Assembly (NCBI RefSeq): GCF_004010195.1
Contig: NC_057719.1
Span: forward strand, 49,399,155-49,463,154
Direction of reading: 5' to 3'
DNA: 64,000 nucleotides
From: Chiloscyllium plagiosum
Lineage: Eukaryota
Part shown: positions 10,320 to 22,530 of the stretch, in pieces
How positions within the stretch are numbered: the stretch's first letter is position 1
Layout of the letters: every line of letters begins with the position of its first letter
The notes under the pieces: model-generated
Seen by the model: only the letters and a program-made list of their open reading frames with translations
The model's database searches: none
What the model was told of the DNA's origin: nothing
Program-made: the position numbers and the translations under genes

Positions 10320-10667
10320 TGTAGTGATTGGAACCAGGTGGATCTTGTTGACTATGAAATTCTTGATTGAATTTGTTAAGGGCACTGCTTGTCACTGGCC
10401 ACTCGGGTGTTTTCCTATCTTCCTGGTGATGGAAATTGAATAAAGATTCGTGCACCTTGTGTCTTTCACTGTGTCTCACACCTGCACACACACACCATGG
10501 GTGCTGGGAAAAAAAAACACTACCGCAATTAGGCGGTAATGTGGGGGTAAAGAGACCCAGGAGATTCAGAATCTCCTCATTGATGCTGAGCTGGTTGGCC
10601 ACTGCCAGTGTACTGTGCATATGTAAATAAAGAGGGACGGGTTACTGGCCTCTGTGCAGTTATTTCA
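10320..10667 (+). repeat. Gypsy 3' LTR, interrupted by a Tx1 3' end
   Basis: TG...CA termini following the PPT. The distal part matches 3191-3316. Confidence 0.85.
10378..10550 (+). mobile_element. Tx1 family A 3' end inside the 3' LTR
   Basis: Closely similar to 378-553, and sits directly upstream of CAGGAGATTCAGAATCTCC. Confidence 0.85.
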
Positions 10668-11870
10668 GAAATAGATGAGAATAAATTACTCTACTCAAAG
10701 GTTTGCTAATTATAAAACTCTGTAACCTGAAGAGTTGTAAATGCTGCATCATTGAATATATATAAGCTGGGATAGAGTGAATTTTTGTGTCATTGGAATC
10801 AAGGAAAATGATTCCTTAAGTCAGGGAGTTGAAGTTGATGCTCAAGATCAGCCATGATCATATCAAAGGGCAGGCTCAACATACCAAATCGTCTATTCAT
10901 GCTTGTGTTAACTCCTCTTTCTGGGGTTCTTGTGTTTTTAACTAAATATCCTGGACAAAGAAACAGAAAACAATGTTTCTAATGTTGCTTATGATATAAA
11001 GCTAAATGGAAACTTTAGCTTTAAGCCCACAAAGAGATCGCAAGGAGGTGCAGACAGCTTAAATAAGAGGGAAAAACAAAATGGCTGGTGGAATTTCATG
11101 TGAAGAGATGTGAGACTGTTCTCTTTGTAAGAACAGAAAAGGAGAATATTTTTGCAAAGGCATTAAGTTTGTAAATGATAATGTTCACAGTGTCCTGGAT
11201 GTCCATATCACAGGAATACACAAAATTAGTATGCAGGTACAGTAAGAATGAGGAAAGCAAATGGCATGAGGGCATTGATTGCAATGGGATTGCAGCACAG
11301 AAATGAAAAACTCTTTTTATCATTGTGCAGGGTTTTGGAAAGACCATACCTGGAATAGTGTATGTAGATTTGGTCAAAATATTTAAGGAAGGTTGTACTT
11401 TCATTGAAGGTGGTATGGTGAAAGCAGACGGGAGTGGTCCCTGGAATGAAAATGTTGTCCAATAATGAGTGACTGCATAAATTGGGCCAATATTCTCTGC
11501 AGTTTTGAACAATGAGAGATGACTCATTGAAACATACAAGATTCTAAAGGGTAGACGCTGCTGTTGCTCTTTGCTAGTGTTCTAAATACAGAGTACAGTC
11601 TCTGGACAAAAGAAGGATCTTTTTGGACTGGAAGGAGGAGAATACTTTTCACTTAGTGTTGTGAACCTTTGCAAGTCTTTACTCAAGGGTTGTGAATGCT
11701 CCATCATTTAAAGCTCATAAAAAAAAGATTTTTGGTTTCTCAGGGAATCAAGAGATATGGGAAATGAGGGGAAATGTGGAGTTGAAGCCCAAGGTTAGCC
11801 ATACACGAAATTGAATGGCAAAACAGGCTTGATACCATAACATGGTCCACTCATGCTGCTATTTTTAATT
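10668..11870 (+). mobile_element. Old CR1 3' fragments (two or more); the first may be the Gypsy insertion substrate
   Basis: Degenerate motifs such as GACCATACCTGGAATAGTGT, TCATTGAAACATACAAGATTCT and GATCAGCCATGATC. Confidence 0.6.
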
Positions 11871-13174
11871 TCCTGTCTTGCTAACAACTTCCAGCTAGAT
11901 CAGGGAGCTGCAACACAGCTAGTGCAAACTGCAGAGTGCCATTACAGACAGCATGCAAAACTAACATTCCTGTGAGGGTTGATTTCAACCTGCCTCCAAT
12001 ACTACATTCCATAATTGCAGTGGGAAAAGATGAAAGAAGCTTTGCCAGGTAGATCAACCCAAGGACCCTATTACTGGATATTCTCTGGATGTATTCATAG
12101 AGGTGAAATGACCTTGTTTTGGCCAACACAGCCATAATCAGGCATCACTTTCCTAAGGAGATCAAATTACATCTCTCAGTTATCGCTGTAAAATAAAATG
12201 GCTGATTAACTGTTGGACTCGAAAATCTTTCATTCATGGCAAACCATTCTTTATGCAGCACTTCATAAAGAAAAATATGAGAGAGTTATCAACTCTTCAT
12301 TTTGCAAGAACATTTGTCAGGACTACAAATGTAATTTGCCAGTTAGTAGCATGAATGTCATAGGGACCTGTGATTCAGCAGTGAACCAAATACCCATGGT
12401 GATGAACTTGCAGCAGGGTTTGCCCTATGTAGGGATGGTCTCAGTCAGCTATGATCTGTGCCATAATGCCAACTTCGAGATGGAGATTTTTTTTGCACCT
12501 ATGTTTCTCTTTCCCTTTGGGTGCATCTGCCTTGTTAATAGAATGCTCTCTTAGAGAAAAGAAGGCTCAGAGGAAGTTAAGTGGTGTTCAAAACCATAAG
12601 AGGTATAACAGAGGTATGACACTGGAAGGACTGAGAATCAGACAACAGAAAGTTAATGTGAACAGCAAAAGGACAAAAAGTGAGATGAGGATTTTAGTGT
12701 CGGTGAAATAAGTGTTCAGCATCTGGAATATCCTGTGCAAAGAGGCAATATACAGGTTTATGGGGAAAGTATGAGGGATTGGGGCTAGATAAATTGCTCC
12801 TGCTCCTGATATGGACTCAATGGGCTGAACAGCCTCCTATAGTATATCCAATCTGTGATTCAATATTTAATATTCCCTCTCCTTCAGCCTTCGTAACGCC
12901 TGGTGTGCAGTTAGATCCTTTTTAACATTTTTTAAATGTTTTCTGAATGGTTTTCTGTTATTTTGACTCATCATTTTCCTCTTCCATTCTAGATTCTTCC
13001 CTCAATCTGCCTAAATTTAAACGTGGAATTGTGAATAATTGTTGGGATTGGTATCAGACAGAGAACTGAGCTTCTACTTGGACTTAATATTTTGAGGTAC
13101 TTTTGATGTTTAACACTACTTCTAAACTGTTTAGACCTCTAAACAAAAAAAATGACTCTAAACTTGTGTCTCGG

Positions 13175-13375
13175 ACAGAGTGAGGACTGCAGATGCTGGA
13201 GATCAGAGTTGAAAAGTATGGAGCTGGAAAAGCACATCTGGTCAGGCAGCATCCGAGGAGGAGGAGAATAAGATCCTCATTCCTGATGAAGGGCTTATGC
13301 CCAAACCATTGATTCTTCTGCTTCTCGGATGCTCCCTGACCGGCTATGCTTAACCAGCACCATAATCTCCACAAC
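13175..13375. mobile_element. Penelope-derived palindromic short element
   Basis: Arms GCTGGAAAAGCAC..GTCAGGCAGCATCCGAG and CTCGGATGCTCCCTGACC..CCAGC, with central CTGATGAAGGGCTTATGCCC. Confidence 0.7.
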
Positions 13376-13486
13376 TGTATCTGTTAAGTTACAGTAATGC
13401 CTCAGTTCATCAGATTCAGATGCAACAAGCTGGAATGCACCTTATTTAGCATATTAAAAAAGAATAATTTAAGTGCAGTAAAGAAT

Positions 13487-13860
13487 CTTGTATTTATATC
13501 ATGACCACCAGACTCAAAGAACGTTACAGCCAATGGAATACATTTTGAAGAGTAGTCACGAGTGTAGTGTAGAAAAGGTATTGGCTAATCTGTACACAAC
13601 AAACATCCACAAACAACAAACAATTTTTTTTTTTAAATTTTGATTGAGGAATAACTATTGGCCATAAAACAAGGTAAGAACTCATGTGCTATTCATTCAC
13701 AAAGTGCCTTAGGACCTTCTACATCCATGTACTCCAAAACATAGATTGTGATTAACAGTCTTATCATGACAATCGGTCCCACTACCCACTCATGTTCCCT
13801 TGCCATGTACTTTTCTGACAGTTGAACTCACCACCTGTGCTGAGATCAATAGTGCGATAC
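13487..13860 (-). mobile_element. Ancient DeuSINE-like (SacSINE1/AmnSINE1-type) relic
   Basis: TTGATTGAGGAATAACTATTGGCCA...TCTACATCCA resembles the reverse complement of the recalled Deu core. Related copies at ~14278-14525 and ~43280-43715. Confidence 0.5.
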
Positions 13861-15757
13861 AGTGAGAATGACATCAGTGTACTGCTACTCTAGCAATGTG
13901 AGAAGCAGGAATCAGTAGTTCAGGATGTATAACATCAGTATTCATATCTTTGATGATCACTTTTTATGAGTGTAACGACATCATAGATACTTTTTATGGA
14001 TTCATTTTGAGTCCATTGTTTTCAGTACTGCTTGAGAAGGTTTTGTAATGACACAGAGCCATAAGTAACAAAATTAATAACTGGTAATATTAGTGTCTCT
14101 GTACTCCTAAGTCTTTACATTGAAGAAATTGGACTGACTGATAGTTGAATAATGAGGAGAATTAACTGAAAAGCATGATTAAAATGTTTGGTTTTGATGT
14201 GGCTTTTATGGATAGGGATACAAACAGTGAGATGAATAGGTTCAGGGAAAGAACTCCAGAAGGTTAAATAAAAAACATACATTTATTTTACATCTTGTTG
14301 ACTCTCAGACATTTAAAAGCCAATCACAGCCAATAAATCAAATTAAAAGTGGAGTTGCTACTTCATAAACAATAAAGTTGGCTATGCATGTTGAAGTTCC
14401 ACAAATGTAAGGAAAATGAGCTATTGGGCTGAGTGTTGACTAGGACGCCTGAATAAGCAGATAGGGCCTTGGTTAGCATTTTCTCTGGAAGACAGCTACT
14501 CCAAAAGTGTAGCATCCAATGGTACATAATTTAACACCTTTAATATGAACTTTAAATGAGATGAATACCTCATCTTACACTTTGAAAAGAAGAAACAGGA
14601 CAGACATAGGCATAGTAAGATATCAAAAGAGAATTGAATAAATACATGAAGGAAAATGGAAATTGCAGAGATATGGGGAAATCCAGAGAATGGGACTAAC
14701 TATATCGTGGTTTAAAGAGCTGTGCAGACTTGATGGGTCAAATGATCACCTGCTGTGCTTACTATTGCAGAATTCAATAATCTAAAAGTGCAAAGGCACA
14801 AAGGGATACAGATGAACAAATCATTAAAAACAAGTTGACAAAACAATTAAAATTGCCAACAAAATACTAGGATTAATTTTTAGGGGAATAAATTTATAAA
14901 CTGAAGTAGTTATGTTAAAGTTGTATAGGATCCTGAACAAGCTGCACTGAGCACAATGAAAACATTTCAGCTCTCCATGTTGTAAATAGATATAGGTTGA
15001 AGTTTCCCAGCCCTTCAAGGACATGGACAATTAAGTGTCAGCTGGGAAAATATGAAGAGATTTGAAAAATTAGATTCTTGATGTTGAGAAAAAGTCAGAT
15101 TTTCCACCCAAGAATGAATGGTGAAATGAAAATCTGATTCGTGAGCAGCAACATGTATCTAATCTCAATTTATTTATATGACATTTCCTATTCTCTCAGG
15201 CAGTGGAGTGAAAGTAGATGACAGACTATAATAGGAAAGTCAGAGCAGATATTTTGGTTGTTCCAGCTCTGTGCTTGCTCCTTCAGGCCTCCATCTTGGT
15301 CAGCAGTTTGAACATCTCAATGTACTGTCAATGGGCAAGGACTCAATCACAGAGGCTGGAATCAGTCACATTAACAGCCTCAGCGCATCATTATTGTACG
15401 TCTCCACTTCACTTAGAATACAACTCATGACTTTTGTATTGTATTTTTGAGCAAAATGACACCTCTCATTGCAGTGCTACTGCCAGGCCATTTAACACAT
15501 AGAGATAAGCACCAACTTCTGCATCAGAGAAGGGTATACATCAGGAGTCTTGGCTTGCTTTCTTAGCATTCACTCACTTCACACATACTTGGATGCTCAC
15601 AGCCTCTCTGTCTTGCCTTGCCTTTTAGCATTCTGCTAATTCATTGAGAACATCAAGGCTTATAGTGCTTCTGTCTTGCCTTCCATTTAGCACAGAAATA
15701 AAACCAGGCAGCCTTTTATGGTTATCAGCAGTGATCAGTCAAGGCAGTAGACATGTT

Positions 15758-15848
15758 GTTTCCTGAAGAAGGGCTAATGCCCGAAACGTCGATTCTCCTG
15801 TTCCCTAGATGCTGCCTGACCTGCTGCGCTTTTCCAGCATCACATTTC
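15758..15848 (+). mobile_element. Penelope terminal-repeat fragment with a minimal hammerhead motif
   Basis: CTGAAGA-A-GGGC-TAAT-GCCC-GAAACGTC followed by GATGCTGCCTGACCTGCTGCGCTTTTCCAGC. Confidence 0.7.
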
Positions 15849-16139
15849 CATCTCCCATGTTGTTGTATGGCACTGTTTACATAAATGTCATAGCTGCAGC
15901 TTGTGCCAGCAGCACACTGTGCATGTGCTTCAACCAAAAAGCCATGTTTCAAAGTCAAAGTCTAAGGAGAGCGGTTATCAGTCAAGTTAAGGTGGGAACT
16001 GACATCAGTCAGTGGATGTTCCCACAGTAAGCCAAGGGCAGCATCTCATTTTAGACTAGAGATTTGGAGTCAGTCAGTTTCTTGGGGGCAGTCAGGGCTT
16101 CTGTGACATTGCAGTCCAGGTAGTGGGCTATGGCCAGTA

Positions 16140-17286
16140 ATAGAGTCGTAGAGATGTACAGCACAGAAACAAACCCTTTGGTCCAACTCGTCCAGGCCGA
16201 ACAGATATCCTAACCTAATTTAGTTCCATTTGCCTGAACTTGACCTATATCCCTCTAAACCCTTCCTATTCATATATCCATCCAGATGCCTTTTAAATGA
16301 ATGCAATTGTACAAGCCTCCACTACTTCCTCTGGCAGCGCATTCCATACACACACCACCTGCTGCGTGAAAAGGTTCCCCCCTAGGTCCCTTTTATATCT
16401 TTCCCCTCTCACCCTAAACCCATGCCTTGTAGTTCTGGACTCCCCCATCCCAGGGAAAAGACATTGTGCATTTACCCTATCCATGCCCCTCATGATTACA
16501 TAATCCTCCATAAGGTCACCCCTCAGCCTCCGACGCTCCAGGGAAAACAGCCCCAATCTGTTCAGCCTCTCCCTTTAGCTCGAACTCTCCAACCCTGGCA
16601 CCATCCTTGTAAATCTTTTCTGAACTCTTTCAAGTTTCAAAATATCCTTCCTATAGGAAGGAGACCAGAATTGCATGCAATATTCCAAAAGTGGCCTAAC
16701 CAACGTCCCGTACAACTGCAACATGACCTCTTAACTCCTATGTTCAATACTCTGACCAATAAAGGAAAGCATACCAAACACCTTCTTCACTATCCTAACT
16801 ACCTGCGACTCTACTTTAAAGGAACTATGAACCTGCACTCCAAAGTTTATTTTTTTCAGCAACACTCCCTCAGACCTTACCATTAAGTGTATATGTCTGC
16901 TCTGATTTGCTTTTGCAAAATGGAGCACTTCACATTTATCTAAATTAAACACCATCTGCCACTCCTCAGCCCATTGGCCCATTTGATCACGATACAGTTG
17001 TACTCTGAGGTAACCTTCTTTGCTGTCCACTACACCCCAATTCTGGTGTCATCTGCAAACTTACTAACTATACCTTCTATATTCACATCCAAATGACAAA
17101 ACGTGGTGGACCCAGCACTGATCCTTGTGGCACTCCACTGGTCACAGGCCTCCAGTCTGAAAAACAACTCTTCACCACCACCCTCTGTCTTCTACCTTTG
17201 AGCCAGTTCTGTATCCAAATGGCTAGTTCTCCCTGTATTTCATGAGATCTAACCTTGCTAACCAGTCTCCGACGGGGAACCTTGTC
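16140..17286 (-). mobile_element. CR1 LINE 3' fragment
   Basis: ORF track: GLFSLERRRLRGDL..WNALPEEVV and WQMVFNLDKCEVLHF. Confidence 0.92.
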
Positions 17287-18755
17287 AGTGCAGCTACTCT
17301 GGGGATTAGCAATTTGTCAGGTGGGGAGCTGCACAGATATCAATTATCAGTCAGGATCCTGAGTCTCATCAGCCGAAGCTGCGCATCTTTCCAGTTGGTC
17401 AGGGTTGGGTCATATTCACTCCTTAGGTCCTGTTCACTGACAACAAAGTGGCATTATCAGGAGCCACCAATTCAGTAGAGTGGTTGGGAAAGTCATTTGT
17501 GGGGATTGGAGGAGCCTGCTGGGATGCAGAAGGGACAATAATTGTAATGGGGACAATACAATTTATAGGAATGGGAGATATTAATGTATTAAAATACGTG
17601 GGCTATTGTGTGATGATGGATTATCGATGGTCACCACCACTCTGTCTTTGATAGTGCAGTGCAACTTGATAGTTGGCATGGCTAAACTGTAGAGCTAAGG
17701 ATTGGGATTAATATTAGGAGATGAGGACTTACATGAAAGAGTTAATTGGCCATGTGTGAAATCTCAGAACTGATGACGTTGACAGGGAGTGCGAGGAAGG
17801 AGTAGGAAGGGACGGGGTGGCTCCTGGATTACCAGCCTGAGTCTGTAACTCTCTGGCCAGCAGGACCTGGGCTCCATCCTTATCTGAATCGCAAATGCAC
17901 AATGGAAATGGAAAATGGTTATGGCCACATCTGGAGTGGATGGAACAATTTTTTTCTCTGTCAGAACCTCAGGCTCTACTTGTGAGTGATATGAGTCCCT
18001 TCAAGGAGCAGTTGTTTAATTAGGCACTTTCCCAGTATAGATTGAAGTCATCTGTCATCAGAGCACACTGCACAGTATCCAATTGTGTGGGCTGAAAATT
18101 GTGGTCACAAGCAAACAGAATTGTGTCATTGGTCATTACAGATTGATCACAGTCACCTCTTTGAAACACAGATAGTCACAGACACCCTTTAAAAATGGCA
18201 TCTCTGGGTCACAATTCATGAAGACAATCCATGCTATTATCGACTGCATAAGTGCACACAGCAGGTTTTCTTTTTCTTGAACTGTAAGCATTTGCCAATG
18301 TGATCATATACGCAATGTCATCTTTCTTGTGTGATGATGAGATGACTGTAAGGCGGAGCAAGGTTTCAGTCACCCTGCTATATTACAATTTCCCATGATA
18401 CTGAGGGCAAAGGTTTGTGCTGCATGTATTGAAACACGCTCCAGCATCTCAATGATCTTTGCTGAGGCAGCCACGACCCTCCTTATCAGAGCTCTCCATG
18501 CCTCACCATATTAAGGACTATGCTCAACTGCCATCTGTGTTTAATGTAAATGGCAACTGCTCAAATCACATAGAACCTGTTCTGTTTCTGATATTCCTTA
18601 CAGAGTATGCCAAATAATCCTTGCAGGTTGTGATCTGCACAACTGGAGGAGAATAATGAAAACATTCAGTGGGAGCAATATCAGCTTCAGCAGAATGGAC
18701 TGGTGCAGTATCAGGCACAACAAGTCAGACAGGCTGCTTCACAGATGTGAACAAG

Positions 18756-21700
18756 GTGGGAGGGTTTAAATTAGTTTGACAGGGGGATGGGAACCAGAGC
18801 TACAGGTCAGAAGAGAGGATAGTTGTTGAACAGATAGAAAGAGAATGCAAAGAGTCTGTCAGGATGTATACACAGGTGATTGGGCAAAGGGATGTGTTAA
18901 AGTGTGCCTGTTTCAATGCAAGGAGTGTCAGAAATAAGAGTGATGAACTTAGAGCATAGATCACTACTTGGAACTATGATGTTGTGCCCATAATGGAAAC
19001 ATGGATTTCATAGGGGTTGGAATGGTTGTTGGATGTTCCAGGGTTTAAATCTTTTAAAAAGAACAGGGAGGGGGGTAAAAGAGGAGGGGAGTAGCATTGT
19101 TAATTATAGAGTGCATCACAGCTGCAGAAAAGGATGTTTTTGAGGAGGGTTTGTCTAGTGAGTCTGTATGGATTTGTCTACTGAGTTTGTATGGGTGGAA
19201 GTCAGTAACAAGAAAGGAGCAGTCACTTTATTGGGTGTTTTCTATAAACACCCCACCACCACCCCCGATAGCAGCAGAGAGATGGAAGGCCACATTGGAC
19301 AGCAAATCTTGGATAGAAGCAGATGTAACAGAGTTGTTGTTATGGGTGACTTCAACTTCCCCAACATTGACTGGAACATTCTTAATGCAGATGGTATGGA
19401 TGGAGCCAATTTTGTCAGGTGTGTCTAGGAAGGATTCCTAACTCAAGATGTAGATAGGCCGACTGGGGTGAGGTGATAAGGTTCCCCATGGTAGGCTCAT
19501 TCAGAAAGTTAGGAGGGATGGGATACAGGGAAATTTGGCTGTCTGGATACAGTCTTCGCTGGCCGAAAGAAGACAGTGAGTGGTAGTGGATGAAAAGTAT
19601 TCCACCTGGAGGTTGGTAAGTGGGCGGGAGGCCATATTGGATTTGGTGCTAGGCAACGAGCCAGGCCAGATGTCAGATCTCTCGGTGGGACAGCATTTCG
19701 GTGACAGTGATCTCAACTGCTTCACCTTTACCATAGCCATGGAGAGGGATAGGAACAGATAGTATGGGAAGGTATTTAATTGTGGGAGGGGAAATTATAC
19801 TGCTATTAGACAGGAGCTGTGGGGTATAAATTGGGAACAATTGTTCTACGGGAAATACACAACAGAAATGTAGAAGTCGTTTAAGGAGAAATTGTTACGA
19901 ATCTTGGATAACTTTGTCCGACTGAGACACGCAAGGAATGGTAAGGTGAAAGAGCCTTGGATGACAAGAGAAGAGGAGCTTCTTGTCAAGAGGAAGTGAT
20001 GTGGGTGGAGGTGCAGGTGAATCTGTGGCGGATATGGAAGTTTCCCTTGGGGCCTTGGAGAGAAGTGAGGGGGGAGGTGTGGGCGCAAGTGTTGCACCTC
20101 CTGCGGTTGCAAGGGAAGGTGTCGGGAGTGGTGGTTGGGTCGGTGGGGGGTGTGGATCTGACAAGGGAGTCGCGGAGGGAGTGGTCTCTACGGAAAGCTG
20201 ATAGGGGTGGGGAGGGAAATATATCCTTGGTGCTGGGGTCTGTTTGGAGGTGGCGGAAGTGACGGCGGATGATGCGCTGTACATGGAGATTGGTGGGGTG
20301 GTAGGTGAGGACCAGTGGGGTTCTGTACATGGAGATTGGTGGGGTGGTAGGTGAGGACCAGTGGGGTTCTGTCCTGGTGGCGGTTGGAGGGGCGGGGCTC
20401 AAGGGCGGAGGAGCGGGAAGTGGAGGAGATGCGGTGGAGGGCACCGTCGACCACGTCGGGGGGGAAATTGCGGTCCTTGAAGAAGGAGGCCATCTGTGTT
20501 GTACGTATTTTGAACTGGTCCTCCTGGGAGCAGATGCGGCGGAGACGAAGGAATTGGGAGAATGGGATGGCGTTTTTACAGGGGGCAGGATGGGAGGAGG
20601 TGTAGTCCAGGTAGCTGTGGGAGTCGGTAAAGACAGTCAGCATGAGGAGCGGGTCATGCCTCCCAAGCCTAATTGAGTTCTTTAAGGATGGGACGAGACA
20701 AGTTGATGAAGGTCGAGCAGTGGATGTGGTATATGTGCATTTCAGTAAGGCACTTGATAAGGTTCCCCATGGTAGGCTCTTTCAGAAAGTTAGGAGTTTT
20801 GGGATACAGGGAAATTTGGCTGTCTGGATAGAATTGGTTGGCCGAAAGAAGACAGTGAGTGGTAGTGGATGGAAAGTATTCCGCCTGGGGGTTGATGACA
20901 GTGGTGTCCGCAGGGATCTGTTCTTGGGCCTCTAATCTTTGTAGTTTTTATAAATGACTTGAATGAAGAAGTGGAAGGGTGGTTTGGTAAGTTTGTCAAT
21001 GACACAAAGGTCGGTGATATTTTAGATAGTGTCGAGGGCTGTTGCAGGCTTCAACAAGACACTAACAGGATGCAGAGCTGGGCTGAGAAGTGGTAGATGG
21101 AGTTCAACCTGGATAAATGTAAAGTGATTCATTTTGGAAGGTTGAATTTGATTTCTGAATACAGAGTTAAAGACAGGATTCTTGGCAGTGTGGAGGAACA
21201 GCGGGATCTTGTGGTCCACGTACATAGATCCCTCAAAGTTGCCACCTAAGTTGATAGGATTGTTAAGAAGACGTATGATGTTTTGGCCTTCATTAACATG
21301 GGGATTGAGTTTAAGAGCCGCGGGGTTTTGCTGCAGCTCTATAAAACCCTGGTTAGACCACCCTTGGAATACTGTGTCCAATACTGGTTGCCTCATTATA
21401 GGAAGGATTTGTTCCTCAGAGAGGGTGCAGAGGAGATTTACCAGGATGCCACTTGGATTGCAGGGCTTGACTTATGAAGAGAGGTTGAGTGAGCTCAGGC
21501 TTTTCACACTGGGGAGAAGAAGGAAGAGTGTTGATTTGATAGAGGTGTACAAGGTAATGAGAGGCATACATAAAGTAGATAGACAGAGACTTTTCCCCAG
21601 GGCAGAAATGGCTGTCATGAGGGGTCATAATTTTAAGGTGATTAGAGGAAGGTTTAGGGGTGATGTCAGAGGTAGATTCTTTACGCAGAGTGGTGGGTGT

Positions 21701-21870
21701 GTGGAATGCACTGCTGGTGGTGGTAGTAGGGTCAGAGACATTAGGGACATTGAAACGACTGCTGAACAAGCACATGGACAGCAGTAAATTGAGGGGTGTG
21801 TAGGTCAACTTAATCCTAGATTAAGATAAATGCTCGGCACAACATCGCGAGCCTAAGGGCTTGTACTGTG
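18756..21870 (+). mobile_element. CR1 LINE from the ORF1 end through ORF2, rearranged, with a nested Penelope fragment
   Basis: CFNARSVRNK ~18908; VVMGDFNFPNIDW; SCLPSLIEFF..FSKALDKVPH; LYKTLVRPPLEYCVQ; CR1 tail ~21840-21870. Confidence 0.92.
19997..20629 (-). mobile_element. Penelope-like element fragment (RT thumb to GIY-YIG linker)
   Basis: TDSHSYLDYTSSHP..KNAIPFSQFLRLRRICS, PLVLTYHP, CNRRRCNTC, HIRHRFTCTSTH. Contains a 46-bp tandem duplication at 20277-20372. Confidence 0.9.
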
Positions 21871-22530
21871 CTGAAAATGGCAACACAGGTCAATAGAGAG
21901 CTCAAGAAGGCATGCAGCATGCTTTTTTTCATCGAATGGGGTATTGAGTACAAGAGTAGGCAGGTCATGTTACAGTCATATAGGACTTTGGTTCGGCCAC
22001 ATTTGGAATACTACATACAGTTCTGGTCGCCACATTACCAAAATGATGTGGATACTCTGGAGAGGTTGCAAAGGAGATTCACCATGACATTGCCTGGTAT
22101 GGAGGGCACTAGCTATGAAAGGAGGTTGAATAGATTAGGATTATTTTCATTAGAAACACAGAGGTTGAGGGGGGACCTGATTGAGTTCTACAAAATCATG
22201 AAAGGTATAGACAGGATGGATAGCAAAAAGTTTTTTTCCCAGAGTAGGGGACTCATTAACTGGGGGTCAGAGAGGTGAGAGAGGAAACGTTTAAGAGAGA
22301 TATGTGTGGAAAGTTCTTTACACAGAAGGTGGTGGATACCTGGAATGTGTTGCCAGCGGAGGTGGTAGAGATGGGCATGATACATGAATGGACAAGGAAC
22401 AGAGGGATATAGATCCTTAAAAAAGAGCTGACAGGTTTAGATAGAGGACCTTGATTGACACAGGCTTGGAGTGCCAAAGGGCATGTTCATGTACTGTAAT
22501 TTTCTTTGTCCATGTTCGTTGTTCTATGTT
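21871..22530 (+). mobile_element. Second CR1 3' fragment abutting the previous copy
   Basis: YRTLVRPHLEYYIQFWSPHY..RLRGDLIEFYKIMKG, then tail TTGTTCTATGTT. Confidence 0.9.

Larger units (their letters stand above)
1..10667 (+). mobile_element. Decayed Ty3/Gypsy LTR retrotransposon (5' LTR begins left of the window) with nested insertions
   Basis: Both LTRs end ...GTAAATAAAG...CCTCTGTGCAGTTATTTCA (3316 and 10667). PBS-like TGGCCAAGAG at 3318. G-rich PPT at ~10287-10319 before TGTAGTG at 10320. Domain order is gag-PR-RT-RH-IN. Confidence 0.92.

Noticed and set aside
13700..13740. DLLHPC-like match to the missing AP5M1 exon
   Set aside because: In-frame stop directly upstream, no further similarity, and it lies within a SINE-like relic.
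17290..18720. Possible ancient DNA-transposon (Harbinger-like) debris, also 15180-16130
   Set aside because: Only a compositional impression; no TIRs or catalytic motifs found.
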